The translations under genes and the position numbers were made by a program. From assembly GCF_009914755.1 (NCBI RefSeq), contig NC_060929.1: a stretch of 64,000 bases of DNA. The stretch is one strand, 5' to 3'. The first letter of the stretch is position 1, and each line of letters opens with the position of its first letter. This document shows positions 26,186 to 41,639 of the stretch, piece by piece. The stretch comes from the human T2T-CHM13v2.0 reference genome, Homo sapiens. The notes below the pieces were generated by a model that had not been told where the DNA came from, searched no databases, and was given only the letters and a program-made list of their open reading frames with translations.

Positions 26186-29100
26186 TGACACATTAGATAC
26201 ATAAATACATTGTTAAAATTTTAGTTGTCCCATAGTTATGTGGACAAGGTCCTTAGTTATCAATTTCACTTTACATGAGTTTATAAAATCCCCCAGATTT
26301 AAATGATAATATTGTTACTGACCCCTGATGTTACATTCTTCGGTTGCAAATAACAGAAACTACTCAAAGTACTTCAAGTAAGGGGAGTTTTATTATACAG
26401 ATTTACGGGAAAATGAGAAAAATAGGTTTCTCAGTCATGGTGTTTGGGCCTCACAGAAATCTGGGTAAACCTGCTTTTAGGTACTTAAATTTGGCTAATG
26501 TTGGACACCAGCCTGGGTGCCTTTTAGAGGAAGAGGAGGACTGATGTCCAGAAAACACTTTAAGAAATGGAAGGCCATTCAGGAATCCAGTGCTGCTTTT
26601 TCAATAAGTTGTTATTATTTTGGCTCTCTTATTAGCCAATGAGAATCAGCCATTCTTTTCATCTCTACTTTATGTTTATTCTTCCTCTTTCAGTTTCCTA
26701 GTTGACTCCTGAATTTCCCTACTCACTGACTCTTTCTCAGAGTTCTCAATTCTAATTCCTGAGAGATTCCTGTAGTAGCTGTTGAGTGACACTCCAATGC
26801 TAGGCTGCCTCACAAGCTGCTTGTCTGCCTTTAGATAGATTATTGCTCCATTATAAACTCTCCCTAGCCAGTGTCTCTTACCAGAGGGCCTACAAACATA
26901 ATTAGAGCACAACCACTTTTATCTAAGATATTTTATGATATGCTTCCTTTGGCAGGGACAGTGGAGGTGGCAGTCCCTCTCAAAAGAAATCTATGGGCAA
27001 GACAAGCACCACAAAGATAGAAGATCCTGATCCAGCATCTTCTAATTGTATGGGTTTTCTGTTAAATTTTATACGTTTTAAGTTTTTTTTCTTCTCCCAG
27101 GAATGAACGAACAAGCAGACCCAGGCCAACCCTGAAAAAACCCATCATGCCAAAATGCTGAAATAGGAGAGTAGTAGATTTAAGATTAGGCTCAGATATA
27201 AATGGAGATGCAAACAAATGGTGCCTAGAATCCCTCTAAGGTGGGCAACAGCAACAAAGAAGTACCACTACAATGAGTTCTAAGAGACTGACCTCACTGG
27301 AGACCCCTTTTGTTCCTACAGTCACCTTAATTTATCATCGTATTTCAGGAAAAAAAAAAGGAATAGCAGTTATTTCCTGCCTCTTTCTTTGCTTTGAAAA
27401 GCATGAGGTGTCCTGGTGAGCTCAGCATATTCCGATGATGACGACAAAACTTCTTAGTAACAGCTAATGATTTCAATAAAATGACCTGGTTAAAGGGCTG
27501 CAGTTATTACAAATGGGTTGGAAGGGACACATTTCAAAAATGTTTTTCTCGCTCTTTTCCCCTCCTCTTTCTTTCTTTCTGTTTTCAATGTCCACATTTT
27601 TGAACATCCTGAGCTCTTTGCATGTAAATCTGTGTGGGTGGATGTGATGAGAAGCAGTTGAATAAACTTCCCTTGGAGCCGCTAAAGCTCTTCTAGAGGC
27701 TAACAGAGGGCAGGAGCAACAAATGGTTCAGAGTTAGCAAAAGATCTCTGAGAGCTGATTTTAATTCACTGGGTTTCCCTTCCCCAAAATACAATATGAA
27801 ACATTTTCTTTAAAAAAATGGAGAACCCCATTAGGGTTTATTAGGGGATTATGGCCTCCTGTATGTCATAACCTGTGTGTGTAATCATTAAACTGTAGAT
27901 TTACTCTTATTCTTATTTATGTAGCCATAAATAAAACTGAATGCATTTAAGACACTTTGGGGTACCTAAATTTATAATATTTAGAATCTTATTGATTAGC
28001 TGTATGACTTTGTATCTGTTTTTGAGTCAAACCATTTACATGTGTGTTTGAAAATTAATTTTACATCCTAGGAAACTGAGAATTCAATTCCTTGTTTCCA
28101 AGTATAAATTCTCTAAATAGATAGACATACAAAATGAGAAATGAATAGATGGGATTATAAGTTCAGGATATAAATATAAGTCAGTAAATTGGTTCTATCT
28201 CATAAATTCAAGATTTGAAATAAATTAAGCCTGACCTAAAAGAAGTGGTAGAAACGGATAAAGATTCTATGAAGACTGAAAAAAGAGTATTTATTTGGTA
28301 TATTTCTTTTCACTATAAAAACTTGTTTCTGTAGTTCCTTGCACATAACTGTCATTAAAACCACATTAATTCTCTCCTTGTACTACTTTTTCTTCATTCT
28401 TTATAGCTTATGCTGGGCCATATTTTCCAACATGTTTTCTAATTGCTACCACAAATATCAGCATCGGTAGCTTGAGATACGCTGGTATGACATCCACTTA
28501 CATAATGGAGATGAAGTTGACTATGTATAATTCCTATGTATACACTGTTTGTTTACTTGTTACTCTTCTTACCCAGACTTACCCAAACTTCTTACCCAAA
28601 CTTGGGCGTCTCTAAAACAAATGCTTGGACTTTGCAGATGATGCTGAAAACAAATAACGCTGGTATAAAAAAACAAGAATATGACAAGATAAATTTCTGA
28701 AGTCAGGAAATAGAATTGCGAAATATATTTACTTAGGTTTTTGTTGGTGCATGAAATAATTCATATAGTTATTTGTTTTCTTGAAACTCAGGGGTTTTTA
28801 CAGGGTAATGTGAGGCAGACAACTGAGCTGAATGGGGATAGTGGTATTAAGTGAGGGGGCAGTTTATATAAGGTTAAATTCCATGAAAATTGGTGCTATT
28901 TTTTTGAGAACACTAAATTAAGACTTTTTCTTCTTATTATTTTTTGGTTTATCCACCTGAAAATCATAATGTTCCTTTGATAAAAGAGAAAGAGTACATG
29001 TTTATTTATAGAAAATTGAAAATGAATCTTTTTTCTGATGAGAGAGCATAAAATTTGCAGAATTATTTAAAAATTGGCCCTATGCCTTTCTTTTAACTTC

Positions 29101-29919
29101 ATTACATATTGCATTTTAAAATATCAATTCTCAATATTTAAGTTGCTTTCAGTAGAAAAACCTAGGGAGAGTCTGGTGGCTCAAATAACATGTAAAACCC
29201 CATATGGAATGGCTTCATGGATTAAACATCTGCTTCATATTGTGAAAGTATTTGATTTAGATTCTGATGTTATTAGATTGTTGGTGGATTTTTTTAAACT
29301 TCCATACAGGTTAATTCTTACTAATTTTAATATAAAGATATCTAAACAATCTGGTTTCAACTGTAAAATTATGAAAACAATGAGTGAGCATTTTATCATT
29401 TATATATAGGTTTAGACTCTCTCTTTGAGGCTAAGTATTTGTCCATAAAGTGTATAACATACAATTAGATGGCTATTTTCTCTTCATTTATTATATCTGT
29501 TTTGAGGTCACTTACTGGTACTAACATTCATTATATAAAATGATATCATGTAGAATAAAATGAGCATCTCTACAATGTCTTTAATCAGATTTTGAGGTCC
29601 TCATATATCACTTCACATGAAAGGTAGATAATGTATAATTGAACTAAATGCTTTAGTTTCTAGGCTGAGCTAAATTAATACTTAGGAGAAGATCACATTC
29701 AGGTGTAGGTAAAAGGCGTACAGTACTTGCCGTTGTTTGGTGATCATACTGATTTTTATTAACAATGTGCCTTGTTTGGCATGTCCAACATTCCTCTCCC
29801 TTATCCTAATGCCATGTAGACATGGCAGAGCTGCTTATTATACTCCCCTCCCTACATATCTACTCTTTGTCCCAGTCTGTAAGCTAGTTGAGAGCTTCCT
29901 AAGGTGGAAATCATTATTG

Positions 29920-30328
29920 CCATTGACAAGCAAGAGATGTCAAGCAGGAAGAGTTTGGGAGAAGATGGGATAGGGGTTGTCCTTCTTTTCCAAATCTTCC
30001 TGAATCTATCTCCCTCTCTAGTTCCTGACTCAATACCTTTGTCACACTAACTTTAATTATTGAGATCAATTACTTTTAGACAGGCCTTGTTGGTTCTGTA
30101 AGAAAGAGACAATCTTTGGTCCAAACTGGCCTATCTAAAATCAAAGCAGTGAGAGCATGAGAGCATATAGCACTACTGAAATAGGTCTTACTGTTGGCAG
30201 ATATTAAACCAGGATGATGGAGTCACATTAGCATGTATTCCATAAACTCCTCCCATCCAAATAAAGGGTGGGCACAGCACCCCGACTAGACCAAGTGACA
30301 GTGCCATCCCTATGCGCAAATTGATTCA
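29920..30328 (+). repeat. Copy 1 of ~400-bp dispersed direct duplication
   Basis: Aligns end to end with 33174-33574; hand count about 45 substitutions and 2 indels (~88% identity). Confidence 0.95.
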
Positions 30329-33173
30329 TTTTCAGAAGAGAATACGGCTGAAGGCAGACATTAAGAATCCTCCTCAAAATTTGTTACATGGATGCTGGGG
30401 ACCCACGGATGCCTCTTTTTCTGTGGCATTGAAAATTTTAAGAATCACAAAAGACATAAGCAGGAAATGTATGTTGTCTTTTCAATTAATAAAAAGCTCT
30501 GTTTCTGTCAGAAGAAATAACCTGTAAACAGAAACTGGGTTGAGACATTATTTTAGTCCTTGGATCTGCTGTGCTCGAAGTTAGTATACTAAATTTTAGT
30601 CACATTAGGAAAAAATAATGTCCTATTTCTGTGAAAACATAGTTCAAAATGTGTGTCTGTCACTGGTAGTTGACAAATTTCTGTTTACCACATGTAACAA
30701 AAATCACATCAAATTTTGTTTGCAAATTTATATTTGCTTGATGATTCTACTTACTAATTAAGTGGTAATTGTAATGATCAGTATAAATATGGTTGATTTT
30801 GTAGATATCTAAACTTAACTGCTCTGATTGTTAGGCAAGTGAAGCTATTGTTTGGAGATCAAACCCAATGGCATGTTTTAAAGAAATGGTCAGCTGCTTT
30901 TTATTATTGTGTCTGGGGTTGAGATGCTATTAATCTCTGTGGTTTACTACTTAGAGAAAGATATTGTCCTTAAAAATGCAATCCCAAGATCCTTTGGCCA
31001 ACGACACAGCAGATAGTACCCAGAGAGGCATATTATGGTTGTAACTGGCAGCGGGGCTAATAGGAAAAACTCTTGAAGGTACAGAGATGGATACGAAAAA
31101 CAAATAGGTAAGTTGATTGTTTGAGTGGGTGAAAATTGTTCTGTTAATGACATCTACCATTTTCATTGTGCTAACTTTCCTGTTTTCTTTAACTGAAATC
31201 TTTTTTCTAGAGCAGTTAACAACCATTGTGTACTTTTACAGGAAAAAAGCCTTCGAAGACTGGCGAACAAAGATTTCAGTTTTTGTGTGAAGTCTAACTT
31301 TCCCAGGAAGGGAAAAAGCCAAAAATTTTAACCTAACCGAACATAAACTAGTGTTTCTTTTTTCTTCCCTCTAAGCATATTCAGAGTCCACACCATTTCT
31401 AATGCACCACTGGGGCAGAATGTGTAATGACTAATAGCCTGGCAGAGACCCAGGTGACATGTGAACACTGCGCCTTGGCCATAGCCAGTTAGCCTGGAGC
31501 AGACGCCAAAGTTTATTGTCTTTGCAGTTTCCTGGCCTTCGCCAGTAAGAAGTCATGGCTCTCACCAGACTTTTTAGCTAGGCTATTCATGAATTGCATA
31601 TTTATTGGCATTTTTCAGCAAGAAGCTTAATTGTATGTAAGTCAGCTGGCAGAGAAGACCCACTCATAATGCAATTAGGAGAAAGTCTCATTATTTTATG
31701 GTTATGTTATGCTGAGAAACAGTCCATGTATCCCTCTGTTTGTCATTATATTTTTGCTTACAAACAGACACAGGGACAGGGAAAGGTATTTATAAACTCT
31801 GCTGTGTGTCCTGAAGTTACCATGCCATAGCGGGAGAATGCTGGGGACTCACAGGCCTGGGTGTCTGAAGAAAAGTTTCATGGTGGAAGCTGCTTTACTC
31901 AAGTCTCCTTTTTGGGCTTTTGAGGTCATTTAACAGTTGTCAGGTACAGGTGGGAAAACAAAATCTTGTTCTGATCCACTTTTAGTTCATTGTCTTTAAT
32001 CATTACTGCCATAGAGAGGTCTCTTGTCCAGCTCAGTTCCTCAGATAGACATTGGGGAGAAAACTTCCCTTGGGCACGTGTACTAGCTACTTCCTGTCTA
32101 ATCTTTCAGGTTTCAAATTTCCCCACCTATCTTAGCAACAGACCTGGGGTGAAGCTGCCCAAAGTCTTTTAGGTGTAACAGGGACTATGGCAGTTCACAT
32201 TCAGGATTCACTTTTAAGTACATAGGATGCCTTGTGATAGAATTTAGGAGTCTAGTAGAGTCATTTAGGATTCTAGAATTCTTGTGACTTTTTTTTCTTT
32301 CCCACATAGGCATTTAGATGCTATTGTTTAAGGTTTTGAAAGACTTAGTTATAAAATCCACTACTTTCACCTGAAATTGATCTAGATAATCCCCATTTTG
32401 TTAGATCGTCAGTAAAACCCAGCTGAAGATAATGATGAATAGAGACAAGAGGGAAACACTGCATATTTGTTTACTGTATATGGGAAATTCCAAATCAATA
32501 ATTCCCCAAGAGGTTCCAGAATCTTACCTTAAACCTCCTAATCACGTCTTATAATAGGTTGAAAGATATATCCTTATGATTCCTTTTACTCATCCTCTAA
32601 AATGATGACATCAGAGCAGACCTACAATCCAAATTCCATCCTTGATAGCAGAGGCCAATTTTTTCAATGTTTCTTCACTGCTAAGGGGATGGCTCTATTT
32701 CAAAAACAAAATATTCCTAGGCTTACATTTTTTCTAAATAAGGAGTTGATAGAAATCTGGTTTGACACCATGTTGATCTTCATCTTTGGTCTTCTGTTTT
32801 GATTTTGTGTGTGTTTTTCAATAAAAAATAATTCTATCTTTTTTGAGGATCCCTAAAGAATTTCCTGACCTCTAAGCTGTCACAAAGGTCAGAGGCTACA
32901 CCTAGAAAAGTGCCAGTTTGGGTGTAAGACAACTGTACCTAAATGGAAATAAGAAGTTTATTTTGTTTTGTTTTTTTCTCAGCCAAGGACAATGATTCTT
33001 AACCTGAGTCCTGTTCATTTACTCTATGGGAACTCTCAGGTTCTGTGAAGCTCATCACAACTTAGATTTGTGATGAAAATGAAAAGTAATGGGTATTTCT
33101 TTGGTTCCCTGCATCACAGAGTTTATCCAGGCTTATCTTCTCTTATCTTGAAAACTTGGTGTAATTCATAACC

Positions 33174-33574
33174 CCATTAAACAAGCAAGGGATGCCAAGC
33201 AGGAAGGGTTTGGGAGAAAATGGGAACATTGTTGTCCTTCTTTTCCGAATCTTCCTTACTCTATCTTCCTCTCTAGTTCCTGACTTCATACCTTTGTCAT
33301 GCTAACTTTAATTATTGGGACCAACAACTCTTAGACAGGCCTCGTGGCTCTGTAAGAAAGAGACAATCTTTGGTCCACACTGGCCTGTCTAAAATCAAAG
33401 CAGTGAGTGCATGTAGCACAACTAAAATAGGTCTTTCTGTTGGCAGATATTAAACCAGCATGGCGGAGTCACATTAGCATGTACTCCATGAACTCCTCCC
33501 ATCCAAACAAAGGGTGGGGACAGGACCCAGGCTAGACCAAGTGACAGTGCCACCCCTATGCCCAAGATGATTCA
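33174..33574 (+). repeat. Copy 2 of ~400-bp dispersed direct duplication
   Basis: acaagcaagggatgccaagcagg...gacagtgccacccctatgcccaagatgattca is homologous to 29920-30328. Confidence 0.95.
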
Positions 33575-33767
33575 GACTAGAATATAACCCAAGCATTAAT
33601 TAACATGTTTTAACATGCAGTTCTTAAGAAGATGTCTAAATAATACATAGATCTTTATATGCGTATAAATATGATAAAGTGAATGACCTAAGTATAAATG
33701 TAAAAAGCTGAAAAGTGAATAAAAAATAAAATAAAAATAAAAGGAATAAAATAATAAAAATAAATGT

Positions 33768-33845
33768 GGAAATTAATCCAATAGATAATATTTGAAAAAT
33801 AGTGAAGGAAATTAATCCAATAGATAATATGTGAAAAATAGTGAA
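33768..33845. repeat. 39-bp tandem duplication (2 copies, 1 mismatch)
   Basis: ggaaattaatccaatagataatat(t/g)tgaaaaatagtgaa x2. Confidence 0.95.
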
Positions 33846-34015
33846 TAAAAACCCAATTTGTTTTTCTATTAAGTCCAGTGAAGTAAAACTCTGGAAAAAA
33901 TAAGAATGCCCACTGTCAACATCACATCTAATATGCCACTGAAGGACCTCAGTGATACAGTGAGTTAAGAAAAATACAAGAAAAATGCAAGTTACATACC
34001 ATAAAAAAGTGTGTG

Positions 34016-34037
34016 TGTATCAGAAATGTGGATATTT

Positions 34038-34091
<54 letters not shown>

Positions 34092-34460
34092 AAGGGGAGT
34101 TTCCTAAGTATTAACTTACACTATCAGAAGGTTCCACAATAGGCTGTCTGCAAGCTGAGGAGGAAGGAGAGCCAGTCTGAGTCCCAAAACTGAAGAACTT
34201 GGAGTCCGATGTTCGAGGGCAGGAGGCATCCAGCATGGAGAAAGATGTAGACTGGGAGGCTAGGCCCATCACTCTTTTTCACATTTTTCTGCCTGCTTTA
34301 TATTTGCTAGCAACTGATTAGATTGTGTCCACCAGATTAAGGGTGGATCTGCCTTCCTGAGCCCACTGACTCAAATGTTAATCTCTTTTGGCAGCACCCT
34401 CACAGACACACCCAGGATCAATACTTTGCATCCAATCAAGTTGAGAGTATTAACCATCAC

Positions 34461-34461
<1 letters not shown>
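34016..34461 (-). mobile_element. MLT2A1 (HERV-L) solo LTR with internal (TA)n
   Basis: aaaggggagttt...ccacaataggctgtctgcaagctgagg...tgattagattgtg...cagattaagggtgg...tattaaccatcaca. Confidence 0.9.
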
Positions 34462-34499
<38 letters not shown>

Positions 34500-34593
34500 T
34501 ACATATATATATATACACATACACACATATGTATATTCAGGTATAGGTGTATGTGTGCACACACATATACACATACAGATATACACACATATA
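34462..34593. repeat. (TA)n(CA)n compound microsatellite
   Basis: tatatatata...acacacacac... Confidence 0.9.
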
Positions 34594-35068
34594 TCTGAAT
34601 GGAAGAAAAAATGATATCATTTGTAAGCAATATAGTTTTATACTGAGAAAATGCAAGAAAAATAATGGAAAAACTACTAGAACTAATAAGACAATTCAGA
34701 ACGGTGACTGAATAGAAGACTGACACATGAAAATCAGTGTTAGTCTGATTATATTAGACTATAAGTATCTAAAAAAAGATTAGCATATCATGATCTATAG
34801 AAGATTCAAATCATGAAGGTGTTAATTCTTGAGAAAGCAATCACCAAAGTCAATGTAACTCAATCAAAATTTTAACAGGATTTTTCATGTACAATGACAA
34901 GCTCATTTTTAAGTTTATATGAAAAAATGCATAAAATAATCAAAAAATTCTGAAAAGAAACAATTACTCCAGGTATCAATGTTACAATTTTCTCTGAGTA
35001 CTTCTATATTCTATGAGTCACGAACAGGTGCTATCTATGTATTACTTGTGTAATTTAACAAATGTTCC

Positions 35069-35459
<391 letters not shown>

Positions 35460-35956
35460 TCAGGAGTGGAAGATAAGCAACCCTGTGGTTAGAAAATAAA
35501 AATCAAACTAAGAGGGTGGAAAAGTTGGTTTGCTAGACAAAGATGAAGGTGCCAGTTTGAAGGCTGTCATGTATGGTGGGAGGTGAGGGAAGTACTAATA
35601 AGTTATAATTTGATGAAATGAACAATGTCTGGGATGGTGTGGCAGAAATAGCTGGAGAGAAAGATGATGTAAGGGAAGCTGTTTAATGCATACATCATTG
35701 AACATATATACTAACCATTACCTAAAAAATCATTCCTAAAAAATGAGGCAAGGTAAGGACTGTGGGAGGTATGGGGAACAAAGAAAGGGGGAAAAAACTG
35801 AGTACACTGTTACTTAGGAATATTATTTTGGTTTGTCAAATTCTTCATTTGGGTATGTGGGAAGGAAGTTCATTTTTAGTTTTCTTTTTTTACATTTAAA
35901 ATTTTGAGATAATTATAGATTCACATGAAGTTATAAGAAATAATATAGAGGGATCC

Positions 35957-36310
35957 TGTATTAGTCTGTTCTCATGCTGCTAATAAAGACACACCTGAGA
36001 CTGGGTAATTTATAAAGAAAAAGAGATTTAATGGACTTATAGTTCCACGTGGCGGGGGAGGCCTCAGAAGGTGAAGGAAGAGCAAAGGCATGTCTTACAT
36101 GGCAGCAGTCAAGAGAGTGTGTGCAGGGGAACTGCCCTTTATAAAACCATCAGATCTCTTGAGATTTATTCACTATCATGAGAACTGCACAGGAAAAACT
36201 CATCCCCATGATTCAATTACCTCCCACCAGTTCCCTCTCATGACATGTGAGGATTATGGGAGCTACAATTCAAGATCAGATTTTGGTGGGGACACAGCCA
36301 AACCATATCA
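35957..36310 (-). mobile_element. THE1 (THE1C-like) MaLR solo LTR
   Basis: tgtattagtctgttctcatgctgctaataaagac...ggggacacagccaaaccatatca; perfect 5-bp TSD GATCC. Confidence 0.95.
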
Positions 36311-37153
36311 GATCCCATTTAACCATGACTTAGTTTCCACCAATATTAACATTTCGTGAAACTACAGTATAATATTGCAACCAGAATATTGATATCGATA
36401 CAATCAAGACACAGAACATCTCCATTGCCACAAGGATCCCTCATTTTGCCTTTTTACAGCCACACCCCCTTCTTCCTGCATCCAGCTCTCCTTAACTCTT
36501 TAAAATCACTAATTTCTTCTTTATTTCTGTAATTTTTTTATTTTAAGGATGTTATATAAGTGAAACCATTCAGTATGTGTGACCTTTTGGAAATGGCTTT
36601 TTTCACTTTGCCTAATTCTGATATTCATCCAGGTTATTGTGCGTACCAATAGTTTGTTCCTTTTTATTGCAGAGGAGCATTGTATGTTATGTAGTATGTC
36701 TTCCTTTGTTTTTCCCTAGAGGCTTAATAGTTTTACACTTTACATTTCAATCCAAGTGTATGATCCAGTGCTAGTTAATTTTTGTATAAGGTATATGACT
36801 TAGGTCAACGTTGTGGGTGGTTTTTTTCTTTTTTTTTTTCCCCATTGACCATGGATGCCCATTTTCTCCAGCTTCATTTGTTGAAAAAAATGTCTTTCCT
36901 TCATGGAACTGAATTTTGCATCATTGCCAAAAATCAGTTGGGCATGTTTGTGTGGATCTATTTCTAGGTTCTCTATTATATTCCACTGATTTTACGTTTA
37001 TTCCTCTGCCAAATACCAGTCTTAATTACTATAGCTACTTAATGAGCCTTGAAGTCAGGTAGATTGATTTCTATGACTGTCCTTTTTATTTCATAACTAA
37101 CTCTTCTAGTTATTTTGCCTTTCTATATAAATTTTAGAATAAACTTATCTATA

Positions 37154-37880
<727 letters not shown>

Positions 37881-38575
37881 TGTATACAAAATTATTGTTG
37901 GGATTTGGATAGGAAATGAATTAAAGCTGCATATTAATTTAGTAAGAATTGACATCTTTAATATGTTTAACTTCCAATCCGTGAACACAATATGTTTTTC
38001 CATTTATGTAGATATTCTTTGATTTATGAACATTTTGTGTTTTCATCATACAAGTATGGTACATGTTTTGTTAGATTAACACCTATGGTTGGGAGATATC
38101 TTGAGACTTTCTATATAGTTAATCATGTCATTATTGTTTATTTGAGTTTTTTTATGTTTTCAAATGTATGCACTTAGTGCTACAAATTTCCATTCAGCAC
38201 TGCTTTTGCTGTGTCCCACAATTTTTGATGTATTGTATTTTCATTTTCATTCAATTCAATCTATATTTCATTCTTCTGATACTCCCTCTTTCACTCATAG
38301 ATTATTTAGAAGTGTCTTTTTAGTTTCCAAGTGTTTGGAGATCTTCCTGTTATCTTTTTGTTAACTCATTTCTAATTTGATTATATTGTGGTTGAATAAT
38401 ATATGTATGATTCCGATGCCTTTAAATGTACTGAGGTTTGTTTTGTGGCCGAGGATATAGTTTTCTTGGAATATGTACTGTGGGCTCTTGAAAGGAATGA
38501 GCATTCTGCTGTTGAGTGGAGTGGTCTCTAAGTGTTGATTAGATCCTGTTGGATAATGGTGTTATTGAGTTCTTA

Positions 38576-39388
<813 letters not shown>

Positions 39389-39435
39389 AAAGAAACCTGG
39401 ATATTTTGGGTATGATGCTGTGAAACTCTGGATCT

Positions 39436-39523
39436 TATTTAAACCTCCTGGTTTAGCTGGCTATTTCTGATATGGCTCCTATTTAAACCTTCTGGTTTAG
39501 CTGGGTGTTTATGATATGGCTCC
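39436..39523. repeat. 44-bp tandem duplication (2 copies, 4 mismatches)
   Basis: tatttaaacct(c/t)ctggtttagctgg...tgatatggctcc x2. Confidence 0.92.
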
Positions 39524-41639
39524 AGCAGGGGATGTGAAATGGGATATCCCACGTCATCACTGCCAGATGGGAGTAGAATTCCAGGTTCCTATTGGTCTCA
39601 GTTAACACCTAAGGTGGGAGATTCCTCATTTCCACTGTGCAGACATGGGCGTTGCAACTCCCCATAGGCATCCACCAATACCTCCTAAGCTGAGAGGAGA
39701 AGGGGCATCCTTAGGGGTCATTCCTGCTACTACTCACTTGGCTGCCACTGACACCACAGGGTTGGGGTGCAGCCTGGTGGTGATGAAAATTCCAACTTTC
39801 CATTCAGCCTTCTCTGAATAGAAAGGGGAGGGGAAAATGGGGATGGGACACCTTGTTATATCTTGAAGAGGGTGGAAGTCTAAACTTTCTAAACAGCCTT
39901 TCTTGATGTTGGTAGGAATGAAATTGTGGCTTTATTTTTTATTTTATTTGTTGTGGATTTTTATCCATCTTGCTCGGCTACCTATTTCCTGGCCCTTTGG
40001 ATAGAGAAGCAAGCTTTCCTTGGGGCTTTTTATTGTCTGCACTCATTGGTGTTTCCAGGTTAACATCTTGTTCAGCTCCTAGTCTTGGATATACGAGGCC
40101 ACTGTGTCATTCTTTGAGTCCTGGCCTGTCTTCCTCTCTCCATGTTTCAGAGTCTTCTTAATGTGGTTTGTAATATAATGTCCAGGAATTTTAGTTTACT
40201 TAGTAGGTGAGATCAGGAAAAAGTAGGGCTTTTTGAAGGAAGCTGGCCCCTATTAATGATCCTTCCTCTGGGAGAAAGGGCTGGTTATGACCTGGCCCCT
40301 GATAAACCTCTCCACAAGCTTCTTGCCACAATTACTTCACCCATGTCTGACTAACAACAACCTGTTTAACCCCAAGCATCTTCTAGGAAGAGACCATACA
40401 TCATACCAGACTCTTTAGTGGTTTTGTGCTTTGACCAAATACGCTAAGAACAAATATCTAGAGTTAGACCACCCAAGATATTTTCACTTCTGTGGTTAAC
40501 CATCTTTGAATTCAGGTTTCTTTGGGTGAAAAGGTATTCATATTCTGAATGTCAGTGTTTTATGTTCTTATCAACATGTCAATGCTACAGACATTGGACT
40601 CCCACTACATGTACCTGGGAAATTTGTACCCCGACAATACCATTCTAACTTTAACTAAATTGAACAATTTCCCTGTTTTCACCGTGGTTCTAATTATTTC
40701 CACTGACTTTTATTTATTGGGAATACATAAAAAAGTGTTTTGGGTATACGATAGTCAGTTGGATGCCTTGCATTTCAAAATCTAGGAAAGGAACTGACCA
40801 GAAAGAAGGCTGCACCACGGTGGAAAAATTCCTCTGTCTATAATTTACAGTGACTTAGTGAGTCTTTATAGAGCTCCATTCCTGCTTGGTTCCAGATGAA
40901 TTGTAGTTCTCTGTGAACCAAGAAACATATATAATTTATAGTCTGTTTTGGTTTGCTTTGATAAAGAATATGTTATCTTCATTCTTAAGAAAATATAGGC
41001 TGCATAGCCTGATGCAATTGTTTATGGAGGCAATAAACTTTGTTTCAGTCCTTACCTTACACAATCTGCTTTCCTAACTGTGTATGGAAACTGATGTTCA
41101 TCTATTCAAACTACCTTAAAGGGGATTGTGGCAATCTTGTTGGAATTAAGTTAGCTTTAATTAAACAAAAGAAGAAATACTATCGTGTTTTTGCCTTAAC
41201 TGACATATTTTTATTCTAATTCTGTTCTTTTAAAGACATGTACTTAACTATTTTATTGAGTAATAAATGACCATATTTGAAAGAGTTAAATGTTAATATA
41301 CAACTTATAACAATAAAAGTACCCCATCTCAAGTCTCACTTCTCAGGCTGCTACTTCCAACACTTTTAATTTGAATTTTCAGAGTTAATAGAATTCTGAA
41401 ACTTTTCTCAAAATAGTGAAACACAGTAGGTTATCAGTGAGTTTCATTCCCCGCCACCACCATGACATCTCTCCTGGAGCCCAACCATTCTTGTCCTGGG
41501 ACATCCCTTCCAATCACCCTGGAAGTCTGTTCTTTAATCCATATCCCCTGAAGGCTGAATCTTCTTTCTTGGTTTACAAACTTTATTTTAGCAGTCCACA
41601 TGCTCCAGTAGCTCAGCAAGAGTTCATATGAGGTACAGT

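Larger units (their letters stand above)
33640..34975 (+). mobile_element. Old L1M ORF2 fragments interrupted by MLT2A1
   Basis: aatgacctaagtat...aagctgaaaag; aataagaatgcccactgtcaacatc (GCPLSP region); aaactactagaactaataag. Confidence 0.7.

Noticed and set aside
30217-30243. Bulged-C hairpin as an iron-responsive element
   Set aside because: Loop is UAGC on a 4-bp upper stem, not CAGUGN on 5 bp
29920-33574. The two 400-bp repeats as LTRs of an intact provirus
   Set aside because: No primer-binding site, polypurine tract, gag/pol remnant or TSD recognised, and the left ends differ; kept only as a minor alternative
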